NCBI GenBank assembly: GCA_963762145.1
Contig: CAVXJS010000009.1
Location: forward strand, 224,001 to 288,000
Source of the DNA: an uncultured Candidatus Rokubacteria bacterium
GTDB taxonomy: Bacteria > Methylomirabilota > Methylomirabilia > Rokubacteriales > CSP1-6
Length of the DNA stretch: 64,000 nt
Direction of reading: 5' to 3'
Made by a program: the position numbers and the translations under genes. The notes under the pieces are model-generated. The model did not search any database. It saw nothing but the letters and a program-made list of their open reading frames with translations, and was not told where the DNA came from. Positions 10,046 through 22,412 of the stretch are shown here, one piece after another. Position 1 is the first letter of the stretch, and every line of letters begins with the position of its first letter.

Positions 10046-10407
10046 TAGGCGTTGGCCAGCGAGTTGGTCTCGCAGGCCATGCCGACCACCGCGAGCAGCT
10101 CGCCGCGCATGGCCTCGGACATCCCGGCCCGGCGCGCCCCCGCGGTGTGGGAGGCGATGCAGTAGTCGCAGCCGTTGGCCGCGCTCACCGCGAGATAGAT
10201 CATCTCCTTGGTCAACGGATCGAGCGCGCCCGGCGCCATGATCTGCTTGATGCTCTGCCAGGTGCGGCGCAGGGTCGGCGGGTGGTTGGCGAGCGCCTTC
10301 CAGAAGTTGTTGATCCAGTCCGTCTTGCGCGTGGCCATGATGTCGTCGTAGACCTCGCGCACCTCGGGCGTGGCGAACTCGTACTCGATCAGCTCGGTGA
10401 TGGGCAT
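9994..10407 (-). CDS. carboxymuconolactone decarboxylase/AhpD family protein
   Basis: LDPLTKEMIYLAVSAANGCDYCIASH (CxxC motif). Confidence 0.88.
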   Translation of the reverse strand: MPITELIEYEFATPEVREVYDDIMATRKTDWINNFWKALANHPPTLRRTWQSIKQIMAPGALDPLTKEMIYLAVSAANGCDYCIASHTAGARRAGMSEAMRGELLAVVGMACETNSLANAYQVPVDGRFRDPDPETD

Positions 10408-10425
10408 CGGAAGGCTCCTTTCGCC

Positions 10426-11335
10426 CTACTCCCCGCGGAGGGTCGGATCCAGCACGTCGCGGAGCCAGTCGCCGGTGCGGCTGACCACGATGGAGGTGAT
10501 CATGAGCACGAGCCCGGGGAAGGTGGAGATCCACCAGGCCGAGTCGAGGTACTCGCGGCCCTCGTGCACCATGCCGCCCCAGGACGGCGTGGGCGGCTGG
10601 ATCCCCAGGCCCAGGAAGGACAGGGTGGCCTCGAGCACGATGGCGCGCGCGAGCTCGAGGGTGGCGATGACCACGATGGACGAGAGCACGTTGGGCAGCA
10701 CGTGCCGCAGCACGACGCGGGCCAGCGAGCCGCCGAGCGCGTGGATGGACTCCACGAACTCGCGCGAGCGCAGCACCAGCACCTGCGAGCGCAGGATGCG
10801 GGCGTAGGAGACCCAGCCGGAGAGCCCGATCACCACCACCAGCGTCGGGAAGCTCGGGCCGAGCACCGCGATGATGCCGATGGCGAGCAGGATGAACGGG
10901 AAGGCGAGCTGGGCGTCCGCGAGCGTCATGATCGCGGCGTCCACGCGTCCGCCGCTGAAGCCGGCCACCATGCCCGGCGGCCGCCCCGAGCAGGCCGCCC
11001 ACGAGGACCGCCGAGAAGCCGATCGTCAGCGAGACGCGCGAGCCGTAGATCACCCGCGAGAGCACGTCGCGGCCCAGGTGATCGGTGCCGAGCAGGTGGG
11101 CGCGCCCGTCGGAGCCCTGCCACGTCGGCGCGGCGAGGCGGCCGCGCAGGCTCTGGCGCACCGGATCCTGCGGCGCGATCCACGGGGCGGCGGCCGCCAC
11201 CAGCAGCAGCAGCGCGACGAAGCCGACGCCCGCCACCACGAGCGACGGGAACCGTCGCCGGCGCCGCGGCACGCGGACCGCGGGCGCGGCGAGGGCCGCG
11301 TCAGCCGGCGCGGATGCGGGGATCGAGGACGCCAT
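10426..11335 (-). CDS. peptide/nickel ABC transporter permease (DppC/OppC-like), frameshift near 10975
   Basis: HLLGTDHLGRDVLSRVIYGSRVS; EFVESIHALG; RHVLPN; LSFLGLG..PPTPSWG. Confidence 0.9.
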
Positions 11336-12230
11336 AGATCAGGTCGACGAAGAAGTTGATCACGACGAACATCAGCGCGGCGAGGAACACCGTGCACTGC
11401 ACCACCGGGTAGTCGCGGTTGTAGATGGACTGGATCGCGAGCCGGCCGATGCCGGGCCACGCGAAGACGGTCTCGGTGACGACCGCGCCGCCCAGCAGCG
11501 TGCCGAACTGCAGCCCGGTGATGGTCACGATCGGGATCGCCGCGTTCTTCAGCGTGTGCTTGGCCACCACCCACATCTCCGCCACGCCCTTGGCGCGCGC
11601 GGTGCGGATGTAGTCCGCGCCCAGCACCTCCAGCACCGCCGAGCGGGTCAGCCGGGCGATCGAGGCCATGGTGAACGCGCCGAGGGTGAGGGCGGGCAGC
11701 ACGAGGTGACGCCAGTCGCCGCGGCCCGAGGTCGGGAACAGATCGGCCTTCAGCGATAGCAGCAGGATGAAGAGGATGCCGAGGAAGAAGGTCGGCGCCG
11801 ACTGCCCGATCAGGGCCACGCCCATCGCCGACGTGATCCACCAGGGTGTTGCGCCGCATGGCGGAGAAGAGCCCGACCGGCACCGCGACGAGCGCGGCGA
11901 GCACGAAGGCGGTGAGCCCGAGCTCGAGGGTGGCCGTCAGGTAGCCGCGCACCACGTTGAAGGCGGGCTCGCGGAAGTGGATCGAGCGGCCGAAGTCGCC
12001 GCGCGCGAGGTTCGACAGGAAGATCACGTACTGCACGGGCATCGGCTGGTCGAGCCCGAGCTCGCGCGCGCACGCGGAAGATCTCGCTGCGCGGCGCGTC
12101 GGGGGGCAGCAGCAGCGGCACCGGGATCGCCGGACAGGCGCATGACCACGAAGACCACGGTGGACACGAGCCAGAGCGCGATGAGGGCGCGGAAGAGGCG
12201 GTGGCCGAGGAAGGGAACGAATCCGCGCAT
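11301..12230 (-). CDS. peptide/nickel ABC transporter permease (DppB/OppB-like), frameshifted
   Basis: GDFGRSI; DYIRTARAKG; ETVFAWPGIG; RDYPVVQ; DPRIR. Confidence 0.9.
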
Positions 12231-12240
12231 GACTGAACTC

Positions 12241-12287
12241 CCCTCGCCCTCGCACCCTCTCCCCGTGGGGAGAGGGCAGGGTGAGGG
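12241..12287. repeat. BoxC-like palindromic intergenic repeat, copy 1
   Basis: CCCTCTCCCC-GT-GGGGAGAGGG hairpin followed by CAGGGTGAGGG. The same core recurs at 15215, 37152 and 38905. Confidence 0.75.
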
Positions 12288-12297
12288 CCGGCGACGG

Positions 12298-13852
12298 CTA
12301 CGCGCGGCGAAGCTTGAGGTTGAAGCGGCGGACCTCGAACTGCTGGTTGGGGTTCGGCGTCAAGTCCACGTACTTCTGCAGCCCGTAGTCCTCGTACGGC
12401 TGGATGACGGGCAGCCACGGGAGGTGCTCGAGGAAGATCTTGGTCATCTCCTTGTACGCCTGCCCGCGGAACTTCTCGTCGACGCGAGAACCGGGCCGCG
12501 TTGCCCAGCTCGTCGAACTTCGGCGTCGCGCCAGTAATCCTGAGGTCCGCCGGGACCGAGCAGCCGCCACATCATCCCGTCGGGATCGCCGAGGGTGGAC
12601 GTCGGATCCGACCACCAGACGCCCTTGAAGCTCTTCTCGCGGTTCTTCTGGGCGCGCACCGAGTACTCGATGACCTCGACCTTGGCGTTGACGCCCACGT
12701 CCTTCCACATGGCCGCGATGGCTTCCGCCATCGGCTTGTCGCTGCGCCATGTAGGCCGACCGTGGTCTCGATGAAGATCTCCTCGTTCTTGTAGCCCGCC
12801 TTCTTGAGCCGCTCCTTCGCCTCGCGCCGGGTTGTAGGCCAGCGCGGGCAGCGCTCGCGTCGAAGTGGTTGTCGCCCTTCGCGATCGGGCCGCTCGGCAC
12901 GATGCCGCGGCCGCGCCACAGCTCCTTCACGATGGCCTCGCGATCGATGGCCAGGGACAGCGCCTGCTTCACGAGCGGGATTGTCGAGCGGCGGCCGCTT
13001 GCTGTTCACCGCGAGCACGTAGAGGCCCGCGTAGAGCGCGCCCGACACGCGGGTGGAGGCGTTGCCGGTGACCCGCTCGCCCTGGTCGGGCGGGAGCTGG
13101 GTGATGACGTCGACCTCGCCCTTGAGCAGCGCCGCGATGCGGGGCGCCGTCTCCGGGATCGGCCGCATGGTCCAGCGGTCCACCTCGATCTTGCCGCCCC
13201 AGTAGTCCGGGTTGGCCTCGAGGACCGCCTTGTCGTCCTTCATCCACGAGCCGAAGCGCACCGGCCCCGTGCCGACGGGCTTGGCGTTGAAGGTGTCGTT
13301 GCCCACCGACTCGAGGTACTTCTTCGGCACGATCTGGCCGCCGTAGAAGGCCAGGCGCGCGGGCAGCAGCGGATCCGGCTTCTTGGTGTGGATGACGAGC
13401 GTGATCGGATCCGGCGCCTCGATCCGCTCGATCGTGGCGAGCGCGGTGGCCACCATGGTCTTGGCGGCCGGGTCGTAGGTGCGCTCGATGCTGAACTTGG
13501 CGTCGGCGGAGCGTGAACGGCGTCGCCGTTGTGGAACTTGACCCCCTGGCGCAGCTTGAAGCGCCACGTGGTCTGGCCCTCGAGCTTCCACTCGGTCGCG
13601 AGCGCCGGATGGAGCTTGCCGTCCGGATGCCGGCTCGTCAGGTTGTCGAAGATGTTGAAGGACACGCGGATGTCGTTCGACGAGGTGCTGAAGTGCGGGT
13701 CGAACTTCGAGATGTCGCCCGCCCTGGGCAGTCACCAGCTCCTTCTTCTGGGTGGTCTGGGCCAGGGCCGCCCCGGTCGCGGTCAGGGGCACCGTGGCGG
13801 CGGCGCCAAGGGCGGCCGCGCCCTTGAGCAGGTCACGTCGGGTCAATTCCAT
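12298..13852 (-). CDS. family 5 ABC transporter substrate-binding protein, Tat-exported, frameshifted
   Basis: MELTRRDLLKG Tat signal; NIFDNL; PALATEW; LRQGVKFHNG; PVGTGP; NPDYWG; AIDREAIV. Confidence 0.9.
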
Positions 13853-13938
13853 AGTGGTGGTTCCTCCTCGGGTTCGAGCTGCATCTGGGGTCCGTCTGGA
13901 TACCGCGGCGGGCGACGGAGACCACTCGCGGTGCGTCA

Positions 13939-13968
13939 TTTATAGGGGTTTTGGGCCCACGCTGTCAA
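13939..13968 (-). promoter_or_regulatory. putative sigma70 promoter of the ABC transporter operon
   Basis: Minus strand TTGACA-N18-TATAAA in an AT-richer divergent intergenic region. Confidence 0.55.
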
Positions 13969-14017
13969 GTTGGCCCTTGGTGGCGAACCTGTGCCAAACA
14001 TGACAAAATCCTGCGGC

Positions 14018-15211
14018 ATGAGCCCCACTGCGGACATCGTCATCATCGGCGGCGGCGCCAACGGCACGAGCACCGCGTTTCACCTGGCCAGCATGGGCGC
14101 GAAGAACGTCCGCCTGCTGGAGCGCCGCCACCTGGCGGCCGGCGCGACCGGCAAGTCCGGGGCCCTCGTGCGCATGCACTACACCAACGAGCACGAGTCG
14201 CGCCTCGCCATCGAGAGCCTCAAGATCTTCCGCGAGTTCTCGACGATCGTGGGCGGCGACTGCGGCTTCGAGCGCGCCGGGCTTCCTCCAGATCGTGGCC
14301 CCCGGCTACGAGGCGGCGCTGCGCCGCAACCTGGCCCGCCAGCAGCGCCTCGGCGTGGACACCAGAGAAGTCTCGCGCCGACGACATCCGCCAGCTCTTT
14401 CCCGAGTGCCGCATCGACGACATCGGCGCCGCGGCGTGGGAGCCCGGCTCCGGCTACGCCGATCCGAGCGCCACCGCGTTCGCCTTCGCGGCCGCCGCGC
14501 AGCGCCTGGGCGTCACCATCGAGACCGGCTGCCACGTCACCCGCATCCTGACCGAGCGCGGCCGCGTCACCGGCGTGGAGACCGCGGGCGGGCGCGGTCG
14601 AGGCGCCGGTGGTCGTGCTGGTGCCCGGCGCCTGGGCCAGCCGCTCCTCGATCCGCTCGGCCTCGACTACGGGCTCCAGCCCTTCCGCATCCAGGTCTCG
14701 CTCTTCCGCTGGCCGCCGGCGCTGACCCGCAAGCACCCGGTGATCATCGACGCGGGCCAGAAGGCGTGGATCCGCCCGGTGGCCGGCAGCCTGACGCTGA
14801 TCGGCGTGGAGCTGGGCGCCGCCTTCGGCGGCGGACCCGGACAAGCTGCACGAGGGCGTGGACGAGGGCTTCGTGGCGCTCTGCCGCGAGCGGCTCGACC
14901 CACGCGCCTGCCCGCCTTCGCCGAGTCGACGATGCGCGGCGGCTGGGCCGGCATGATCATGATGAGCCCCGACGGCCGCCCGATCATCGACCAGATCCCG
15001 TCGATCCCGGGCCTCTACGTGATGCTGGGCGACTCGGGCACGTCGTTCAAGACCTCGCCCGCGATCGGCAAGTGCCTCGCCGAGTGGATCCTCGAGGGCA
15101 AGCCGCGCACGGTCGACCTCACGCCCGTTCCGCGCCGCCCGCTTCGCGGAGGGCCGCCCCTGGGTCGACGAGGACAACTACGGCCGCGAGCGCCTGACCA
15201 TCTCCCGCTAA
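14018..15211 (+). CDS. FAD-dependent oxidoreductase (DAO/sarcosine oxidase beta-like), frameshifted
   Basis: DIVIIGGGANG; GATGKSGALVRMHY; GYADP; SPDGRPII; GTSFKTSPAIG. Confidence 0.88.
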
Positions 15212-15214
15212 GCT

Positions 15215-15267
15215 CCCTCTCCCCTCCGGGGAGAGGGCAGGGTGAAGGGGTGTGCCCCTTCACCCCC
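15215..15267. repeat. BoxC-like palindromic repeat, copy 2, between convergent genes (possible terminator)
   Basis: CCCTCTCCCC-TCC-GGGGAGAGGGCAGGGTGAAGGGG...CCCCTTCACCC. Confidence 0.7.
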
Positions 15268-16370
15268 TCAGCCCGATTACGTTGAACGTGGGAACGGGCC
15301 GGAGCAGTCCCTTGAGCGTGAGCCGAGCCGACCTCCTCGAGGTCGGCCAGATCCTCGACGGCAGAGGCGACCCGTTGGGCGACCAGGATCTGGCCGGCCT
15401 TCGCCTCGCCGCACAGGCGCGCGGCGAGGTTCGGTGACCGTCCCGATGGCGCCGTAGTCCAAGCGCCCCTCGAAGCCGATGGCGCCGATCGTGGCGTACC
15501 CTGCGCGATGCCGATCCCGAAGTCGAGCTCGTGGCCGCGCTTCCGCCACCGGCGCCAGATCCCGACCCGGTCCCGCATCGCGACCGCCATCCTGACGGCC
15601 GCTCCGGCGCGTCGGGAACCGGCACGGGGTCGTTGAAGAAGACCATCATCCCGTCCCCGGTGAAGCGCTCGAGCGTGCCCTCGTGGGCGAGGATCAGGCG
15701 CGCCCATCGCGGCGTGGTATTCGCGGAGGACCCCCATGACCTCCTCCGGCTCGGCCGTCTCGGCGAAGGCGGTGAACCCGCGGAGGTCGAGGAAGACGAC
15801 GGTGACCTCGCGCGGTGCGCCTCAGCGGGATCCTCGGCGCCCCCGTCGACGATCAGCTCGGCGAGCTGGGGCGAGAAGAAGCGCTTCAGCCGGCGAGAGC
15901 CGCTCGAGCTGGCCGACCTGTCCTCGACGCGCTGCTCGAGGGTCTGGTTCCAGTCGGCCAGCTCAGCGGCCAGCGCCTCGCACGGTGTCGTGGAGCTCCT
16001 TGATCCGCAGCATCGATTTCACGCGGGCGACCAGCGCGCCCTGGTCCACGGGTTTGGTCAGGTACTCGTCGCCGCCCGCCTCGAGGCCCGCGACGACGTC
16101 CTCGGGTCCGCCTTCGCGGTGACCATGATGATCGGGGTGAACGGGAAGGACGGGTCGGCCCGGAGCTGCGGCAGACCTCGATCCCGTCGATCTTGGCATC
16201 ATGACGTCGAGGAGGATCAGGTCCGGCAGGGCCTCCCTGACCGCGGTCAGCGCCGCCTCGCCGTCGGTCGCGGTCAGGACGTCGTAGCCGTGGGCATCCA
16301 GGCGGAGCTGGAGGATGTCGACGTTGGCCGGCTTGTCGTCGACGACCAGGATCAGCGGCGGCGTTCTCAC
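15260..16370 (-). CDS. response regulator (REC) fused to a class III nucleotide cyclase, frameshifted
   Basis: ILVVDDKPANV..PDLILLDVMMP..YLTKP; coiled coil; VFLDLRGFT; GTLERFTGDGMMVFFNDP; DYGAIGTVT(N)LAARL. Confidence 0.85.
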
Positions 16371-16753
16371 GAGCGCTCCTGCCGCGTCGTATCCCAGGTA
16401 CTCGCGGACCTTGGCCAGGAGCTCGCGGGGCACGAAGGGCTTGGTGACGTAGGCGTCGCAGCCGGCCTCGAAGGCCTTCACGTCGTCGCCGCTGAGCGCG
16501 TAGGAGGTGACCACGATGATCGGGACGGCCGGAGCGCCGGAATCCCCTTGATCCGCCGGGTGGCCTCGTAGCCGTCGAGCCCCGGGAGCTGGATGTCCAT
16601 GAGGATCAGGTCCGGGCGCTCCTTCTCGGCCGCCGCCACTCCCTCTTCGCCGGTGACGGCCTCGATCAGCTCGATGCCGGCGCTGGTCAGGAGGAGGCGC
16701 AGGATGCGCCGGTTCTCCTCGTGGTCCTCGATGACCAGAACCCGCTTGCTCAT
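16367..16753 (-). CDS. single-domain response regulator (DivK-like), frameshifted
   Basis: MSKRVLVIEDHEEN; PDLILMDIQLP; VTSYALSGD; GCDAYVTKP. Confidence 0.88.
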
Positions 16754-19700
16754 GCCCCTCCGTCTGCCGCTCCACGCGCAGCGGCACCGTGAAGGGAAGG
16801 TCGACCCTCGGCCGGGAACCGACTCCACCCAGAGCCGCCCGCCGTGCAGCTCCACGATCCGCTTGGCGATCGAGAGCCCGAGACCGCTACCGCCCTTCGC
16901 CCGGGTGCTGGAGCTGTCGGCCTGCTGGAACTCCTCGAAGATCCTCGCCTGGTCGGCCTCGGAGATCCCGGGACCGGTGTCCGCACACCGAGACGAGGAA
17001 GGCGCCGTCGGTGCCCGTGCCTCGATCGAGACCTCGCCCGCGTCGGTGAACTTGATCGCGTTGCCGACCAGGTTCAGGAGCACCTGGGTGAGCCGCCGCT
17101 CGTCGCCGCGGCCGGTCGGCAGATCGGGCGGCACGATCGACCTTGAAGCGCGAGCTTCTTCCCGGCGGCGAGCGACTCCACGCTCGTCACGACGACGTGC
17201 ATGACCTCCTCCATGGCGTAGTCGTCGAGGGAGAGGGTGAGCTGGCCGGCCTCGATCTTGGAGAGGTCGAGCACGTCGTTGATGAGGCCGAGGAGGTGCT
17301 GGCCGTTGTTCCTGACCCGCTCGAGGATGTCCCGGATCGGCTCGGGCACCTCGCCGAAGATCTCGTCGAGGATCAGATCGGTATAACCCAGCACGGCGTT
17401 CAACGGGCGTGCGCAGCTCGTGGCTGATGTTGGCGAGGAACTGCGACTTGTGCTTGCTCGCGAGCGCGAGCTGCTGGCTCTTCTCCTGGATCTCCTGGAA
17501 CAGCCTTGCGTTCTCGACGGCGACCGCCGCCTGGGCGGCAAAGGTCTGCAGGAACTCGACGGTGTGAGGCGGGATCGGAGCCCGGCTCAGGCGGTTGTCC
17601 GCGCCGAGAACGCCCACGGTGCGCCCGCGCGCGATCATGGGGCTGACGAGAAATGCCTTGAGCGCGGAGGGCGGCAATCGGTCGAGTACGGGAGGACGGA
17701 GTCGATACTTCTCCGGTACCGGGTAGGTCTCGCCGAAGAGCAGCGGGTCTCCGTCGCGGTAGACGGCCGCCAACGCTCCCGCCTCGCCGAGGGGGTAATG
17801 TCACACCAACCAGATCCGCCAGTCGCCTCTCGCCGCGAGCCCGGCGCCGGCGCTGGACCATGATCGACACCGGCGTCACCGGCGGGCGCTGGGCGTCCAG
17901 ATGTAGAGGTGGTCGAGGCCGACCACCTGCCGCGCGACATCGAGGACGCGGGTGAGCTGCTCGCTGAGAGAGAGCGGCTCCTGGAGGGCCGTCGAGAGGC
18001 CGGAGAGCTGCTCCTGGTTGCGCGAGAGCTCCTCGAGGGCCCGGCTCTTCTCGTCGATTTCCCGGAAGAGCCGCGCGTTCTGGATGGCGATGACCGACTG
18101 GGTCGCGAAGGTCTGGAGCGAGGTCCACGATCGGCTTGGGCGAAACGCCCCCGCCACCTTCCGCCGGACCACCAGCCCGCCGATCACGCGGCCCTCGCGC
18201 AGGAGCGGGACAGCGAGGAGCGCACGGTACCCTGCCTCGATCAAGAAAGCGCAGCGCGTAGTCCGGCTCCCTCTCGAGGATCCGCGATCTGGAACGCGGC
18301 GCGCGTCATCGCCGCCTGTCCGACGGCGCCCTCGCCGACCCGGATATGAGACTGCGCGAAGCGCCGCGATCAGTTCCTCGGCCATGCCGAAGTTCGCACG
18401 TGGTGCGAACACCTGCGCGCCCTCGTCGAACTCGTAGATGGTGCCGGCGTCGGTGCGCGAAAGGTCGCACCGCGTGCGGACGACGATGCTGGTCGAGGAC
18501 GGACTGCGAAGTCCAGGCTCCCGCTGACCGCCTGCCCCACCTCGCCGAGGGCCCGGAGCTCGTCGACCGAGCGGGTCAGCTCCTGCGTCCGCTCTTCCAG
18601 TTCCTTGAAGAGTCGCACATTCTCGATCGCGATGACGGCCTGGTCGGCGAAGGTCTGGAGAAGGGCCACCTGCTTGTCGGAGAATGGGTTTACTTCGGTG
18701 CGGCGGAGCTGGATCACGCCGATCGCAGCGCTCTCCCGCACCAGCGGAACGCTCAGCGTCGTCCGGTGCCCCAGTTCCCTGGCACGCGCGTAACCTTCTG
18801 GAAAGTCTGCCGCCTCGGCCTGAAGGTCGGCCACGTGAATGGCCCGCCGCTCGAGTAGCGCGCGGCCTGCAACCGTTCCGCGCACCAGCGGCAACGAGAC
18901 GCCCTACGGGTTGGAGAATAGGCCCGTGGTGGGCACCCATCCGCAGGCTGTCCCCTTCGGGGAGAAAAATGACCGCGTCATAGGCCCCGCAAAATCGTGT
19001 AGCGCTCCTGACCAGCGCGTCCAGCACGGGCTCGATGTCCGTCGGGCGAGCCACTGATCACCCGCAGGATCTCGGCGGTCGCCGTCTGCTGCTCGAGCGC
19101 CTCGGTCAGGTCGCGGTTGGCGTCGCGCCAGCTCTCGCGTGCGTGCCTCCACCTTCTGCTCCGAGGCCCTCGTAGGACTCCTTGAGGCTAGCCGTCATGC
19201 GGATTGAACGACCCCGCGAGGGCCTCGATCTCGTCGCCGGTCGGAAGCTCGATCGGCTGGTCGAGCGTGCCGGCGCCGATTCGCTCCGCGCCTTCCTGGA
19301 GCACCCGGATCGGTGCGACCATTCGCCGGGCGAGGAGAAGGCTCGCCAGGATCGAAAGCCCGAGGCCCAGCACGAAGATGACGGTGCTCCGGACGATCGG
19401 GGCCCGGAGGGGAGCATAGGCGTCGGCGGCCGGGCGTTCGACGAAGACGAGCCAACCGAGGGGAGCGATCGCCGCATGCGCCGCGAGGACCCGCCCGCCA
19501 CCGATGCCGTCGGCGACCACCGCGACCGGGGCGTCTGGCGTCGGGCCTGAGCGTCCGGCCCGGGCCAGCTTCACCTGGACGAGTCCGGAGACGTCCCGCT
19601 TCTCTCGCAGGAGCCGGCCGTCCGGATGGGCGACCAGCTGGTCCCGGGAATCCACCACGTAGGCATAGCCGCCCGGGCCGACCTCGATCTGGGAGACGGC

Positions 19701-20314
19701 CTGCAGGACGGCGCCGAGGCTGACCTCCGCCGTGGTCACCTCGACGGCGTACTTGCCGACCGGCACCGCCAGCGTCACGTACGGCTCCGAATCGTTCTTG
19801 AAGTAGACCGGACTCCAGTACGTCTTGCCCGCCTCGGGCTTCGAGGAACTTGGGCGCCTGGGAGAAGTCCTCCTGGCTGCCGACGACATCCGGGTCCAGA
19901 CGAGAGACGCGAAGCTGCTCCTTGCCGGCGAGGTCGAGATGGCTCAGCTCGCTGACCGCGGGCACATTGCGAAGGACCCGGAGGAAGTCGAGCTCGCGCT
20001 GCTCCGCCAGCGCGGCGCCCAGGCCCTCGCCGAAAGCCGAGCCTCCCCTGTCCCACCTGGCTGGCGTCGGGATCGTCGGACGCGGTCCGGGTCGTCTCGC
20101 GCACCTGCTGCTCGACCTCCTTCATGAACTGCTCGATCCCGGCGGCCGCCGCCACCGCCTTCGCGCGCTCGACCCGGACGATCGCGACCTGCGTCTCCCG
20201 GTAGGAGAAGTACAGCTCGACCAGGCTCGACGCCATCAGCACGCCGCCGACCAGAACGAGCAGGACGACGACGTACTTGCGGAAGAGCCGCCCGCCCGAG
20301 CGCGGCATCGTCAT
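16750..20314 (-). CDS. membrane sensor histidine kinase (Cache-HAMP-GAFx3-HisKA-HATPase), multiply frameshifted
   Basis: TM1 (KYVVVLLVLVGG); Cache (YWSPVY..EPYVTLAVP, YAYVVD...LVAHPD); TM2 plus HAMP (TGDEIEALA); three GAF ends (LLQTFADQAVIAIENVRLF-like); FLANISHELRTP; QVLLNLVGNAIKFT; DTGPGI; GGSGLGLSI. Confidence 0.88.
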
Positions 20315-21306
20315 CGCCGGAAGGCGTCGGCGCGGAGCAGGATCTTTCGCGGCACGGTGAGCCCGAGCAGGTCCGCCGTCTTGAGGTTCACCGCGAGATC
20401 GATCTTCTCGGCGCCTTCGACGGGCAGGTCTTGGGGCCGGGCGCCCCGCAGGATCTTGGCGACCAGCGCGGCGGCCTGGACGCCCTGCGCGTAGTAGTCC
20501 GGCCCGTATGAGAGGAGACCGCCATAGCCGACCCAGAGCGCCGTCCCGAACGACGGCGGGGACGCGCGAGGCGAGCGACTGCTCGATGATCGCGATGGAG
20601 AGATCCGGGCTCGAGCCTTCGGGCGTGAGCAGTGCGTCGTCGCGCCGCACCTCGCGGAGCACCCGCCTCAGCTCGCTCGGCGTCGAGCACGCCCTTCGGC
20701 ACGACCTCGAGCCTCATGCGCTGCGCCGCCTCGAGCGCCTTGCGCGATCATCGGGTGTCGTGCTCAGGTCGACGCCGTAATAGATGAGCCAGACCCGCCG
20801 AACGGCCGGGGCCAGGGTCTTGAGGACTTCGAGACGCTTGGCGACCAGCTCGGTCTGCAGGCTCGAGATACCCGTCACGTTACCGCCGGGGTGGGCGAGC
20901 TTGCCGACGATGCCGGCGCCCACCGGGTCGCCCACCAGGGTAAACACGATCGGCAGGCTCTTCGTCGCGCTCCTTGGCGGCCTGAGTGGCGGCTTCCTGG
21001 CTCGTGAAGATCAGGTCGACGCCGGCCGTGACGAGGGCATCGGCGGCGGCGGGCATCGTGTCCAGCTTTCCCTCGGTGAAGCGAATGTCGAACGTCACGT
21101 CGCGGTCCGTCTTCGAGGCCGAGTTCCCGGAGTCCGGCCTTGAGCCCCTCGACGGTCGGATGGCTCGCCGCCCACGCCGCATTCAGGACGCCGACCCGGA
21201 ACGGTCGAGGAGCCGGCTGCGCCTCGGCCGCGTGGACGGGAAGACCAGAGAGAGCGACCGCCAGCGGCGATCCAGAAGCAGCGACGGCGAATCGACAGTC
21301 GCTCAC
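20311..21306 (-). CDS. ABC-type substrate-binding protein (DUF534/ABC_sub_bind family), frameshifted
   Basis: PIVFTLVGDPVGAGIV..LAHPGGNVTGIS; KRLEVLK; LLSYGPDY; KILRGARPQDLPVE; LAVNLKTADLLGLTVP. Confidence 0.85.
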
Positions 21307-22399
21307 CCCGATATGAACTGATGGTAGGCGCCTTCCGCGACGTGGTCCCAGGGGCCGACCAGCGCCTGGAACTTCGTGAACGACGCGTGCACCTTCCGGG
21401 CCATGGGGCGTCTTCTCGGATTCTTCCCTCACGACCTCGGCCGCGAGCTTCTTGAGATCGCGCAGCACCGGCACCGGGAGCTGAAGCACCTCGACCTTTC
21501 CCTTGAACTCCGTCTTGAGTCGCGCGAGCGCGATCGCATTCTTCGCGTGGTACTCCGTGAGGCCGTGGACCTGGACCGCCGCCGCGGCATGGTCGAGCGT
21601 CCGCTGCAGGTCGACCGGCAGGGCCTCGTACGCCTTCTTGTTGAAGCCAAAATCGAGCGTGGTGCCCGGCTCGTGCCAGCCCGGGTAGTAGTAGTACCGC
21701 GCGGTGTTGTGGAGGCCCAGCTTCATGTCGTCGTGCGGCCCGACCCACTCGGCAGCGTCGATGACGCCCCTCTCGAGCGCGGCGTAGATCTCGCTCTCCC
21801 GGCAAGAGAACGACCGTGCCGCCGGCCTTGGCGAGGACCTTGCTGCCGAGCGGCCGCGCATGCGCATCTTCAGCCCCTTGTAGTCGCCGACCGAGTTGAT
21901 CTTCTTCCGGAACCATCCGGCCATCTGCGGGGCCACCGCCAGAGCTCGGGCGCGGCACGAGATTGAAGGCGGCGTATGCCTCCTCCATGAGCTTGAGCCC
22001 GTCCCCCTGGTAGCACCAGGCCGCCATGCCCCCCGGATTCATGCCGAACGGGATGGTCGCGAACCACTCGAGCGCGGGCTCTCTGCCGGTCCAGTATTGC
22101 CCCGCTCCCATGAACGCCTCGATCTTGCCCTGGGAAGCGGCGTCGAAGCACTCGAACGGCTGCATGATCTGGCCGCCCGGGAAGACCTCGATCCGGAAGC
22201 GCCCGCCGCTTATCTCCTCGACGACCTTCGCCAGGCGCTGGGCCGCACCCTGGATGTATGTCAAACCCGGTGGTGAAGGCCGTGGACATCCGCCACTGGA
22301 CCTTCGGCTGCGCGATGACGTTGGGGGCGTCGACGATGGCGCCGGCGGCGGCCGCCATCACCCCGCCTGCCGTTGCGATGAACCTCGTCGTTCGGTCAT
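21303..22399 (-). CDS. TRAP transporter substrate-binding protein (DctP/TakP-like), paralog 3, frameshifted
   Basis: Tat-like leader, APNVIAQ, SGGRFRIEVF, PFGM, QMAGWFRK, LKMR, LERGVIDAAEWVGPHDD, YYYPGWHEPG. Confidence 0.88.
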
Positions 22400-22412
22400 C
22401 ACGCTGGCCTCC

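Noticed and set aside
15963-16787. Apparent REC-REC-cyclase single fusion
   Set aside because: An AGGAG RBS and a GTGA start/stop overlap at 16367-16370 indicate two genes joined by an indel.
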